Source of the DNA: a virus
Virus record (IMG/VR): IMGVR_UViG_3300042505_000794
Coordinates: 1-64,000 of that record
DNA: 64,000 nt
Reading direction: 5' to 3' (one strand)
This document shows positions 1-9,095 of this stretch, one piece after another. The number at the start of each line of letters is the position of its first letter. Position 1 is the first letter of the stretch. Below the pieces are notes generated by a model. That model saw nothing but the letters and a program-made list of their open reading frames with translations. It searched no databases and had not been told where the DNA came from. Position numbers and translations under genes: made by a program.

Positions 1-1021
1 TTTTAGTTTTAACACCAAACTTACTTTTACCACTATTAGAGATAATATCAGCGGTTAAATCAATATTGTCAGTAGCTGTACCATTTATGTTTTTTGTAGC
101 GTTTAAGTGAATATTTTCTGCGTCTAATCTAATTGATTTTTTAGCATGAAAGTTAATATCGGTATCAGAATTAATACTTACAGATTTTGAAGCGTAGATA
201 TCAATTGTACCATCTTGATCGATTTCAATCCAATTATTACCTTCAGATGTATTGATATAGATTCGTTCATTTGTATCATCTAATATTATTGAGTGTCCAC
301 AAGTAGTTCTAATTCGAATACGTCCATTATCAGCACTATCATCCATAGATATTGCATGAAACCCCGGTGTAACGATTGAATAAACTTGTGAGTCAAATGC
401 TTGACCCGTATGATCCGTTTTTTTATCTGGATGTAGACGTGATTCTTTAAACCCTGTTTTTACATCTTTTTGTTTCGATGTAGTTAGCCCTCGATCAACA
501 CTATCTTGAGTTAAACCGGTAACACTACTATCAGCTCCTCTGGTATGGAATTCATGTGAACCACCCCCGAATGCTTTTTGCATATTACTATGCAATGGCT
601 CAATAGGTTGTTCAGTACTAGTTAGTGGACCGTCTGATCCGTCACCTAAGTATCGTCCATGCGGCATCGTATGTTCAGCGTTATCAGGTGGTAAACACCC
701 TACAAATATCCTACGTGATGGGTCACCATTAAGGCACATTACAGCGGCAACCGCTCCTACTTTTGGAATAGCCCACATGCCATATGCTATCGAACCTGAG
801 GATTTACTACCTTTTGGACCACGTGTCATATTATCAGATGTTACCATACCTCCAAACGGTGATAGGTACCTACACCATGGTAAGTCTTCTGTTTTGGTAC
901 CAGGTAAGTCACCGTAATCAGCACAGTAAATTCGTACACGACCTTTACCTTGTGGGTCACTTGTATCCATCACAATACCAGTTGTAATAGTGTTGTATAT
1001 ATCTGGACTAGGGCTATACAT
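1..1021 (-). CDS. Baseplate hub/central spike, T4 gp5/VgrG-like (runs off window edge)
   Basis: Absent from ORF track. ATG at 1021 with GGAG upstream. Translates MYSPSPDIYNTITTGIVMDTSDPQGKGRVRIYC...DLPWC (gp5 OB-fold signature), then GHSIILDDTNERIYINTSEGNNWIEIDQDGTIDIYAS beta-helix-like repeats. Confidence 0.8.
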   Translation of the reverse strand, partial: MYSPSPDIYNTITTGIVMDTSDPQGKGRVRIYCADYGDLPGTKTEDLPWCRYLSPFGGMVTSDNMTRGPKGSKSSGSIAYGMWAIPKVGAVAAVMCLNGDPSRRIFVGCLPPDNAEHTMPHGRYLGDGSDGPLTSTEQPIEPLHSNMQKAFGGGSHEFHTRGADSSVTGLTQDSVDRGLTTSKQKDVKTGFKESRLHPDKKTDHTGQAFDSQVYSIVTPGFHAISMDDSADNGRIRIRTTCGHSIILDDTNERIYINTSEGNNWIEIDQDGTIDIYASKSVSINSDTDINFHAKKSIRLDAENIHLNATKNINGTATDNIDLTADIISNSGKSKFGVKTK

Positions 1022-1038
1022 TTAAAACTCCAAAATCT

Positions 1039-1545
1039 TTATAGAACGTTATTCCATTTTGTTAAATCATAAACAAATGGGTGATCGCATGTGAAGAATA
1101 TTTTTATATATTTTAATGAACCTATTTTAACAGGTGAATGAATATGTGTAAAATTAGGTACACTCGGATAAATCAATAACCTACCAACTTCAGGGTCTAA
1201 TGAAAATTTAAAATTGGTAAAAACGAGTGTTCCTCCATAAACGTCTGTAGCAGGATCAAAAGGTGGAACATTATTATAACTTACTAATGGTATATAACAT
1301 GAAAAATCATAGTTTGTAACTTTTATCCATTTACCTTTTAAGATACTATTATCACATCTAAGTCGTAAATCTGTTAATATCTCCGGTTTAGTATTTTCAA
1401 CTACCGTAACATTATAATATGTTTCTATGTAAGAAATAATTTGCGGTATTTTCTGATCAACAAATTCTAATACATTTGGTAATGAACATCGTAATGGCGA
1501 TATAAAATCATCAATCAGGATTATGGGTTTCTTCATGTGAATCAA
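1039..1545 (-). CDS. 2OG-Fe(II) oxygenase-fold protein (possibly degenerate)
   Basis: GGTLVF...P..GRLLIYPS...H..SPV..G.KY pattern of P4H-like oxygenases; the expected HxD reads RCD. Confidence 0.65.
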   Translation of the reverse strand: MIHMKKPIILIDDFISPLRCSLPNVLEFVDQKIPQIISYIETYYNVTVVENTKPEILTDLRLRCDNSILKGKWIKVTNYDFSCYIPLVSYNNVPPFDPATDVYGGTLVFTNFKFSLDPEVGRLLIYPSVPNFTHIHSPVKIGSLKYIKIFFTCDHPFVYDLTKWNNVL

Positions 1546-1993
1546 TGTTCAAATCCAAATGATTTAATAAATTCATACCTAATAAAATTTGATCTTCTAA
1601 ATCTGATCTATCATTAAGGTTAAATTGTACCTTACGTAATGTAGATCCTTTTACTTTGCAATTTAATTCAATTACAGGACGATCTTCTGAACCGTTTGAG
1701 GTCTGTATGTTCTGCATTCCTATGCATGCTGTACGGTAACGTCTACCGTTAATTGTAAATTCAACAAGCTCACCATCACATTTTATATCTGTAGCTCCTA
1801 ATGAACAGCATTGCGCTCCTGTGTCAATTTTCGCTTTAAATGGTTCAGTGCCAATTCCATAAATTTCGATTGGTATATGTAGCTTGCTAAACTCGTTAGG
1901 TTTGGTGTTTTCTTGTTCAGTTGTCTGTTCTTCAACAATTGGTTCAACAGTTGGTGTTTCAGGTCTATCAATATCAATTAATAACGTAGTCAT
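1511..1993 (-). CDS. Retropepsin-like aspartic protease (RimK-associated 'Zn_protease' family)
   Basis: AKIDTGA catalytic motif, EDRPVI, LNDRSDLEDQILLGMNLL. Start moved to ATG 1993, downstream of the late promoter at 2020-2025. Confidence 0.8.
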   Translation of the reverse strand: MTTLLIDIDRPETPTVEPIVEEQTTEQENTKPNEFSKLHIPIEIYGIGTEPFKAKIDTGAQCCSLGATDIKCDGELVEFTINGRRYRTACIGMQNIQTSNGSEDRPVIELNCKVKGSTLRKVQFNLNDRSDLEDQILLGMNLLNHLDLNIDSHEETHNPD

Positions 1994-2019
1994 AAGTAAT
2001 CGTATAGTTTTAAAAGAAG

Positions 2020-2039
2020 TATTTAGTTCTGCATAAATA
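2020..2039. promoter_or_regulatory. Back-to-back T4-like late promoters
   Basis: TATTTA at 2020-2025 (minus) and TAAATA at 2034-2039 (plus), between divergent genes. Confidence 0.6.
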
Positions 2040-2068
2040 ATGGTATTGCTATAAGGAGTACCATACAT

Positions 2069-3175
2069 ATGAGATTTACTGATTTTTTACAGGAAGAAGC
2101 GGTCGCGGGTAGCGTAGGTACCTCAGCTGTAGCTGCGACTTACAATAAGATGGGCAGCTGTACACCTATTAAACGAGGTAGAGCTAAATCTAAAAAATTA
2201 AAAATAACTACCATTAAATTGGGTGAAAGTAATATGCCAGATTTCAACAGTTTTGACGTAAAGTCAAAAATGACAAATGCTGAACGTTCTGGAAAATTGA
2301 AAAAAGATTCTGCTGTTTACGGCATTGAAGATGAAGATGGTAATATCACAAAAGTATATGTTGATAAAAATCAAGAACATGATTTTAAGCATACACTAAG
2401 TAAAATGTTAAAAGATGAAGAAAAATTAGATGTTGCAGAAATCTTATTTGATTTACGTAATACGTTTAATATTTTGTTTGTTGAGTGGCCTAAGATGCTA
2501 GAAGATGAAGAAACAATTAATGTGCTCGATCAAAAAGACGGTGAACCTGGAGACGAACCTAAAGAAGGTGAACCGGGTGCGGAAGCACCAGCTGAACCTT
2601 TACCACCACCTGCACTTGAACCTGCTGCACCAGATTCAGAAAGTATTCTATTGAAAGTTATTGATATGCTTCGAGCTGATGCTGACGCTAAAAAAGCAGA
2701 AGCAACAGCAAGAGCAAAACAAGCGGAATCTGAAACCGCTAAATTCTCTGTTCAATTATCTAACATTAAAGTAAAGAATGAAGAAGATATGTTAAAAGCT
2801 GATGAATATTTTAAAAAACAATCAGAAGCTAAAAAAGATCAAGAACGTATTGCTAAATTAGCAAAATATAGAAATGAAGTAGTTAAAAACACCACATATG
2901 AGGCAGACATGTCATTTTTACAAACAATGCTTGATAGTCAAGCTATTGAACTTTCAGAAGAAGAAACTGTTTCAGAAGATTTGAATACCGAAGTACAACA
3001 AATTCAAACACAAATTGCTGATATTACTGCTCGTAAAATGCGAGCAACTAAAGTTTATGATGATCAGTTACGTTTACTTCAACAACGTTTAGCGTCGAAA
3101 ACAAAACAAGCTAATACTCAACAACAAGCTGATAGAGCTGATCAGGTACAACAACCAGCTCAACCTGTACAATAG
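2069..3175 (+). CDS. Hypothetical late protein, probable internal head/virion protein
   Basis: 368-aa ORF with GGAG RBS and late promoter; N-terminus MRFTDFLQEE, Pro/Glu linker, coiled-coil C-terminal half. Confidence 0.6.
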   Translation: MRFTDFLQEEAVAGSVGTSAVAATYNKMGSCTPIKRGRAKSKKLKITTIKLGESNMPDFNSFDVKSKMTNAERSGKLKKDSAVYGIEDEDGNITKVYVDKNQEHDFKHTLSKMLKDEEKLDVAEILFDLRNTFNILFVEWPKMLEDEETINVLDQKDGEPGDEPKEGEPGAEAPAEPLPPPALEPAAPDSESILLKVIDMLRADADAKKAEATARAKQAESETAKFSVQLSNIKVKNEEDMLKADEYFKKQSEAKKDQERIAKLAKYRNEVVKNTTYEADMSFLQTMLDSQAIELSEEETVSEDLNTEVQQIQTQIADITARKMRATKVYDDQLRLLQQRLASKTKQANTQQQADRADQVQQPAQPVQ

Positions 3176-3178
3176 TTG

Positions 3179-5929
3179 TTATTTAATTGTTGATGCGTCA
3201 GTTACCTTATTAGGTTCAATTATTGAGGTGATGGGATTGACTTGTTGGTATAGATCATACCAGTCATCTATCACCTTTTTTGTACCTGTTGAATTCGTAG
3301 ATATATTTCTTAAGAAATCTTGCATCGTGCTATTTTGCATTTCAACTGTTGTCATGTATTTTGTAAACATCTGATTGAAATCGGCAGCGTTATCAGTTGC
3401 TTCAGATTTATTTATTTGACCAGATGGTAAAGGACCAGTGAGTGGAGCTGATGGTTCTACAGTAGTTGTTGATTTTTGAGCTTCAGCCGCTTCAGGTTTC
3501 TTTTCATCGTCATCACCTGTAAATTTATCAATCGCGTATACACCTAGACCAGCTGCTGCTGTAGCAATCCAACCAGCAGGTGTAACTTTTGATAGTGGGT
3601 TAGCTATTACATCTATCAACGCAGTGCGAATAACAGTTGGTGCAAAACGTTTAAACAATGCAATGCCAGCAGCAGTAATACCTGCTTTTGTTGCAATATC
3701 ACTGTATAATCCTTCACCAGTAGTAGCATTAATTCCGCGCTGAGCTTGAGCCGCTTTAAGTGTAATTTCCTCTGCAGATTTATCGGTCTTACTTTCTGCT
3801 TGAGATTTCAGCATTTTTTGCAACTCTTCAAGTGTATCAGGTAATTTTTCACCGGTTATTCCATACTTACCGAGCGCTGTAAAAGAGTTAATTATTGCAT
3901 CTATAGGTCCACTCATTTTAGTTTGTTCAAGGTTCGAATCCAATAACGATATCATTTGCTGCAAAGAATAACCTGCTTGTGATCCATATTTTCTATCAAT
4001 CTCGTTTAACTTTGTCTGTGCATCAATTTTAAATTTAGCTATTTGAAAATCCATATCAGTCTTAAACTTAATTTCTTCAGGTGATAGAGGTACTTTTGCA
4101 GCTTGTAGTCGTTCAAGTTCAAGATATTTTTTCATCTTCTGTGTATCATCTAAACCGTAATTAGATATGTTTAGACCTGATAATGACGCAATACTTCTCA
4201 TATAATTGAAAGCAGTTTGTTCTTGCCCGATCTTAGATACTGTTTCACCAGCAGACATCATTTTATTAGTTGACGCTAGCATTGCGCGCATAAACTCGTT
4301 TAACGTGTCTTTAGTCATACCTAAGCTAGCACCCAATTCCATGGTTGTGGTGATAGCCTCCATTCTAGTTTTACGATCTTTTGCATTTAAACTAGCCATT
4401 ACTGCTTGATTCTCATTCGATTCTGCAAAATTCAAGTGCATCTCAGCAAGCTCGTCGTTATTCATTCTTGCAACTTTACCTAACACTTTAAATCTATCGA
4501 GTAAATTACCTATACCGGATTCTGTTGTATTGGATAAGTTAACAAGACCTTGCATCCTACTACCCATTTTAGAAATCATCATAGGGTCTGAACCAAATAC
4601 GCTTCTAAGCTGACTGTAACGTTCGTTCATGAATGTGTCTAGCTGATTTTGACCTTCTGCACTAGATATATTCCAAAAACTTTTATTTTCTCCACGTGAT
4701 TGTCTATACTCTTCTTCAGTTAATCTTAACTGCCAAGCCATTAACCGGTTAGTAGCAACGTTATCCCGTGTTAATGAATCATACTCACGAGTATAATGTT
4801 TTAAAACAATTAAACCGATCTCAGCAAGTTTAGGTACTATTATTGCGCCTAACTTACCAATAGATTCACTTATTAATTGTCCTGCTTCATCTCTACCTGT
4901 ACCACTTGTTAATGAACCAGTACGAGTTCGAATATCTCTTAATTCATCCAACAATTCATCAAAACCGTTACGGTTCTCATGCATATATCTATTAAATTGA
5001 CCTGTAAACGATTTATAATCTCGTTCAATAGTCGTAGATAACTTTTCGTTTGAATTGTTTATAGTTTCAGCGATTGTTACTTGTGCGTCAATTACCTTTT
5101 CTATTGTATCCTGTGCAAATTGTGTTGATGAACCTGCTGTGCGTCCTTCGATACGCGATTTTAATAAATCAAACTCAGTTGATACATATCCTAGAGAATT
5201 ACCCATCTCTACGTATCTTTTACCTAATTCAGCGTTGCTATCATCTAATGCGTTATTGTTACTGATCATTGATTGAATAAATTCAGATTGTGCATTCGCA
5301 AACTGAGCTACTCTTTCAACATCGGTCATTGTTAATAACTGCTTGCTAAATGTTCCAGCAACTTGACCCGCTATCGCATCAAGCGATGAACGGACTTCTG
5401 ATGCTAATTGTCTACCAAAGAAATCTTTTTCGTACTCATTTCTGTATTGAATTGCATCACGAGTTGATTGAACAATGTCGGTTATTATATTCAACGCATT
5501 GTTGTGAGCTGTGGACGCTCTTGATTGGTCTTCAGCTGCGGATGATAATATACTGTTTAAACTTGCTAACTGTGCTCGCTGTGCAGATGTCATTATTCCA
5601 CCTGCAGCTGAAATCATTCTATTAAAATTATCAAGATTGTCAGATGCGGTTTTATAATCGGTAGTTGTCTGCTGTATTTTTTTACTGTAATCGTTAATAT
5701 TCTTAAGCGTATCTTTAAACGCGTCTGTATTAGACTTCAGTGTTTTTGATAGCTTTTCGTAATCACCTATACTTGTAGTTTGTACTCTGGATAAATTAAC
5801 CGTAGAAGTAGCACTAGTTTGTTGTGCGTTGTTCAATGCTGATGAATATCTAGCCACTGAGCTGGCTGATTGTGCTAGCTGCGACAATGATTGTTGTAGT
5901 AATATTTGATCAGATGCTGATAATGCCAT
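3179..5929 (-). CDS. Tape-measure-like protein
   Basis: 916 aa, helical and Ala/Ser/Gln-rich, with hydrophobic Gly/Ala segments near the C-terminus; TAAATA at 5974-5979 (minus). Confidence 0.5.
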   Translation of the reverse strand: MALSASDQILLQQSLSQLAQSASSVARYSSALNNAQQTSATSTVNLSRVQTTSIGDYEKLSKTLKSNTDAFKDTLKNINDYSKKIQQTTTDYKTASDNLDNFNRMISAAGGIMTSAQRAQLASLNSILSSAAEDQSRASTAHNNALNIITDIVQSTRDAIQYRNEYEKDFFGRQLASEVRSSLDAIAGQVAGTFSKQLLTMTDVERVAQFANAQSEFIQSMISNNNALDDSNAELGKRYVEMGNSLGYVSTEFDLLKSRIEGRTAGSSTQFAQDTIEKVIDAQVTIAETINNSNEKLSTTIERDYKSFTGQFNRYMHENRNGFDELLDELRDIRTRTGSLTSGTGRDEAGQLISESIGKLGAIIVPKLAEIGLIVLKHYTREYDSLTRDNVATNRLMAWQLRLTEEEYRQSRGENKSFWNISSAEGQNQLDTFMNERYSQLRSVFGSDPMMISKMGSRMQGLVNLSNTTESGIGNLLDRFKVLGKVARMNNDELAEMHLNFAESNENQAVMASLNAKDRKTRMEAITTTMELGASLGMTKDTLNEFMRAMLASTNKMMSAGETVSKIGQEQTAFNYMRSIASLSGLNISNYGLDDTQKMKKYLELERLQAAKVPLSPEEIKFKTDMDFQIAKFKIDAQTKLNEIDRKYGSQAGYSLQQMISLLDSNLEQTKMSGPIDAIINSFTALGKYGITGEKLPDTLEELQKMLKSQAESKTDKSAEEITLKAAQAQRGINATTGEGLYSDIATKAGITAAGIALFKRFAPTVIRTALIDVIANPLSKVTPAGWIATAAAGLGVYAIDKFTGDDDEKKPEAAEAQKSTTTVEPSAPLTGPLPSGQINKSEATDNAADFNQMFTKYMTTVEMQNSTMQDFLRNISTNSTGTKKVIDDWYDLYQQVNPITSIIEPNKVTDASTIK

Positions 5930-6092
5930 AATTTTTAGTACTAATAGTTAGTTAACAAATAAGTATATTTCTCTATTTATCTCAATTAGAATATACATGT
6001 TTTTATTAGTTTTTACGTGTGCACAGAAAGACTAAATAAATAATAGATTTGGTACCTTATTAAAAACACTTGTGTTTAGGAGTTATAAACAA

Positions 6093-6458
6093 ATGACAAT
6101 TAAAGTAAAAGAAATCGTTGATGCTATCATTGCTGAAGATCTTGAAGCAGCTGCAGCTGCATTCCACGACCACGCTGTAAAGAAATTTCAAGATTTGTTA
6201 GAAGCTGAGTATGAAGATGATGAAGAAGCTGGTGATAAAATCCCAACTGACTCAACTGAATTAGATGATGAAGAAGACGAAGACGAAGACGACAGTGAGA
6301 TTGAACCTGAAGACGACGAAGACGACGAAGACGACGAAGAGTCTGATGAAGACGGCGACGAAGAAGACGAAGATTACAAACCACACGAAGACGAAAACGA
6401 AACTGATGATGATGAATATGGTTTCGATACCGATGAAGATGATGGCGATTTAAAATAA
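6093..6458 (+). CDS. Prohead core protein, T4 gp67-like
   Basis: IVDAIIAEDLEAAAAAF resembles the gp67 N-terminus and is followed by a long D/E tail. AGGAG RBS supports ATG 6093; TAAATA at 6033. Confidence 0.7.
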   Translation: MTIKVKEIVDAIIAEDLEAAAAAFHDHAVKKFQDLLEAEYEDDEEAGDKIPTDSTELDDEEDEDEDDSEIEPEDDEDDEDDEESDEDGDEEDEDYKPHEDENETDDDEYGFDTDEDDGDLK

Positions 6459-6478
6459 TCTAGATTATTTAAAGGTAG

Positions 6479-6547
6479 TAAAATTTCAAAACCTTCTTTT
6501 TGAAATTTTAAACAAAGAAAAGGGTGAAAATATTTTCACCCTTTTCT
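6479..6547. terminator. Tandem hairpins / bidirectional terminator between convergent genes
   Basis: 13-bp stem at 6479-6510 plus a perfect 32-nt palindrome AGAAAAGGGTGAAAATATTTTCACCCTTTTCT at 6516-6547. Confidence 0.75.
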
Positions 6548-6553
6548 AATGTC

Positions 6554-7195
6554 TTAACGACGCTTAGAAGTTACTTCGTCACGCAACATTTTCATAATCT
6601 CTTTTACTAGGTATTTTTGTGCAGCATCATCGTGTACTACCGATTCTGCTAATGTAATGATTTGCTGACCATTTTTAGCGCGTTCAATTGATTCATAAAT
6701 TGATGATGGGTAAGCACTTGAACAGCTAGGTGTACCAACTAAGTCAATTGTGACTAAGTTGAATCCACTAACGATACCACTTTCATTGACTTCACCAGCG
6801 CCTCTACTACTAACACCAATTTTCTTTTTACTTTCCGTCATTAATACTTTTGCAATATTTCCCATAGGTGTTGGTAAGATTTTAGCTTTACCGAATACCA
6901 TGTTACCTTCCATACGCAATTCAGTAATTTCATGACTTACACGGTCACTTGCTACTGTTAATGAAGGTGGATGATCTAATTCACCCCACACGCTACCTTC
7001 TTCTTGAATCATTTTGTTGAGTTGATCAACCGCACTTTTCATTTCTGTTAATGGGTAAATCCGACCGTTGCGATTACGAGTCTCTGCTTGCATAAAGCAA
7101 CCAGTTAAATATAAACCTTTACCGTCCATTGTCGCTTCTGTAAGCAAACTATTGTCCCCATTTGACATGGTTTCGATTAATAATTGTGAAGACAT
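6554..7195 (-). CDS. Prohead maturation protease, T4 gp21-like
   Basis: NRNGRIYP, GELDHP, GVSSRGAG and DLVGTPS motifs; TATAAATA at 7227-7234 (minus). Confidence 0.92.
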   Translation of the reverse strand: MSSQLLIETMSNGDNSLLTEATMDGKGLYLTGCFMQAETRNRNGRIYPLTEMKSAVDQLNKMIQEEGSVWGELDHPPSLTVASDRVSHEITELRMEGNMVFGKAKILPTPMGNIAKVLMTESKKKIGVSSRGAGEVNESGIVSGFNLVTIDLVGTPSCSSAYPSSIYESIERAKNGQQIITLAESVVHDDAAQKYLVKEIMKMLRDEVTSKRR

Positions 7196-7256
7196 TGATA
7201 CCTCTTATATTAATATGTAATTATTATATTTATATCATAATATACGATACATATAT

Positions 7257-7354
7257 CATTGGAGAATTGTGGAGATTAAATGACTAATGTTAAGGTAATA
7301 CCTATATCTAAATTGATATAGTCATTAAGGACCCATAAGGTAAACAAAGGGAAA
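7257..7354 (+). repeat. Dispersed non-coding element, copy 1
   Basis: Core CATTGGAGAATTGTGGAGATTAAATGAC matches the reverse complement of 50519-50546 at 25/28 positions; patchy similarity continues to AAGG-N-AACAAAGG. Confidence 0.6.
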
Positions 7355-7381
7355 CCGATATTGATATACCGGTCTTCCTTA

Positions 7382-7612
7382 TTATTTGTATTGTTGACGT
7401 AAATTAGAAATATGCCTAATATGATGAGTTGTATGCAAAAAAGCATCATGCCATTTATCTTGGTTGTCGTAATACACAATACGTAACTCTGGTAGCTCAT
7501 TAACAGTACATATTAAACAATCGCCTTGGTCTTTGTTGTATTCCCAGTCAACGGTAATATTGAATACATATGTAAACAAGCCTCGTTGTAGTGTCCAAAT
7601 ATTTTTAAACAT
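7382..7612 (-). CDS. Hypothetical protein
   Basis: 76-aa ORF overlapping the gp52 stop, same operon. Confidence 0.55.
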   Translation of the reverse strand: MFKNIWTLQRGLFTYVFNITVDWEYNKDQGDCLICTVNELPELRIVYYDNQDKWHDAFLHTTHHIRHISNLRQQYK

Positions 7613-8921
7613 CTAATGACTCAAGGTCTTTAATGTATAGTTTCACACAGTTTGTTTTATTTAACAATTCAATGTCTTTCGTCGTTTTATCGATTTGTGT
7701 TTCCAATTTAGAGATATCATCTTTTGTTAAATTGTAGATTCTAATATCCAACAATTTTGATATATTGACAAACCGATTATCAACAAGCAATTGTTCAAGT
7801 TCTTTTTTACTTTTATTTGCAATATCTTTTGAATGGTTTAAGTAAAATTCAATAAATCTACGTTTCTCAACCATCCATTCTAAATCAACTGTCAACAGTT
7901 CAATTAATTTTTTACGTCTTTCTTCGTATTTACCTAATCTAAACTCAACAAAATGTTCAATAATTTCCTGAACATCTTCGAATACTTTGATATGACCTGT
8001 TTCTGTCCATGCTGTTAAGTTCTGAGTATCTCTACTTGATAACTTAAATTTTGCGATAATTTCTTCGTGAGTTAGTTGAGTTGTAGCTCTAGGAACACTA
8101 ACAATAAAATCAAATGAAAGTTCTGTCGAGTTATTATCAAAATCTTTAATTAAGCCAGAATCTTGTAACTTAAATAAATGTTTTTTATAGTCATCCAGGT
8201 ACACACCAATTGGTAATTCCGTAATGCGTATAGTTGTAGAGTTTACAATTTCATAGCAACCTGTATTCGTTATTTGATTTTCAACAGCTGTAACTGTACC
8301 TTTAAACCCTCTATACCATGGTAAAATTGGATTAGGTGTTTGACGTTTTAAAATCGATACAATATTATCTCGAATTTCAAGTGGGTTATGTTTTAATATA
8401 TGTGTTGCATACCCTGTTCCCATACCTCTTGCGCCGTTTATTAGGATATTAGGTATAATAGGTAAATAGAAATCAGGTTCAATTTTATCACCATCTTCTT
8501 CTAGATAATTCAATATAATATCGTCTTCTTTTTTGAAGATTTTTCTAAATGAACTTGACAGTTCTGTAAAAATATACCGAGGTGCTGACGCTTCACTTGA
8601 TAATCTACTACCAAACTGACCATTAGGTTTAAGATAATTTAAATTGTTACTACCTGTATAGTCTTGAGCTAACCCAATTAATGTTTCATTTAAACTATTT
8701 TCTCCATGATGGTACTGAGATACAGCTGATACGTGTCCACTTAATTGTGCAACCTTTCCTTCACCAGCGTTTTCACCTCGTACAAGCATACCGTATATAC
8801 ATTTACGTTGCGATGGTTTAAATCCATCAATGACGGATGGAATAGACCTTACACAATCAGCAATTGAATATAATCTAAACTCATCATCAAAAAAAGTCTT
8901 TAATTTCATTGTATTTGTCAT
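7605..8921 (-). CDS. DNA topoisomerase II, GyrA/ParC-like subunit (T4 gp52-like)
   Basis: RSIPSVIDGFKPSQRK, YHHGE, GQFGSR and SAPRY (catalytic Tyr). Confidence 0.95.
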   Translation of the reverse strand: MTNTMKLKTFFDDEFRLYSIADCVRSIPSVIDGFKPSQRKCIYGMLVRGENAGEGKVAQLSGHVSAVSQYHHGENSLNETLIGLAQDYTGSNNLNYLKPNGQFGSRLSSEASAPRYIFTELSSSFRKIFKKEDDIILNYLEEDGDKIEPDFYLPIIPNILINGARGMGTGYATHILKHNPLEIRDNIVSILKRQTPNPILPWYRGFKGTVTAVENQITNTGCYEIVNSTTIRITELPIGVYLDDYKKHLFKLQDSGLIKDFDNNSTELSFDFIVSVPRATTQLTHEEIIAKFKLSSRDTQNLTAWTETGHIKVFEDVQEIIEHFVEFRLGKYEERRKKLIELLTVDLEWMVEKRRFIEFYLNHSKDIANKSKKELEQLLVDNRFVNISKLLDIRIYNLTKDDISKLETQIDKTTKDIELLNKTNCVKLYIKDLESLDV

Positions 8922-8926
8922 ATTGG

Positions 8927-9091
8927 TTACCAGCTATGGAAATGATGATTGTATGGATCTGGATGTCTCAGATACGGGTTATGTAAGTTAGGACGAGGAT
9001 TATAATATCCGGAACCTCGGTAATAATTACCTGGTGTATTATATACTGTGCAACCATTTAACAACAAAGCTAATAAAATTATTTTTTTCAT
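8927..9091 (-). CDS. Small predicted lipoprotein (54 aa)
   Basis: Absent from ORF track. MKKIILLALLLNG-CTVYNTPGNYYRGSGYYNPRPNLHNPYLRHPDPYNHHFHSW*; lipobox LNGC; fills the gap between the two topoisomerase genes. Confidence 0.7.
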   Translation of the reverse strand: MKKIILLALLLNGCTVYNTPGNYYRGSGYYNPRPNLHNPYLRHPDPYNHHFHSW

Positions 9092-9095
9092 ATTC

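Noticed and set aside
784-987. 67-aa plus-strand ORF
   Set aside because: Antisense to the gp5-like gene that the ORF track missed because it runs off the window.
6127-6453. Alternative-frame ORFs (Arg/Leu-rich and Lys/Thr-rich) and GAAGAC repeats
   Set aside because: By-products of the Asp/Glu tail of the gp67-like gene, not separate genes or a repeat array.
7276-7500. 74-aa hydrophobic ORF, and likewise ORF 50355..50573
   Set aside because: Both overlap better-supported genes and the dispersed non-coding element; likely spurious AT-rich ORFs.
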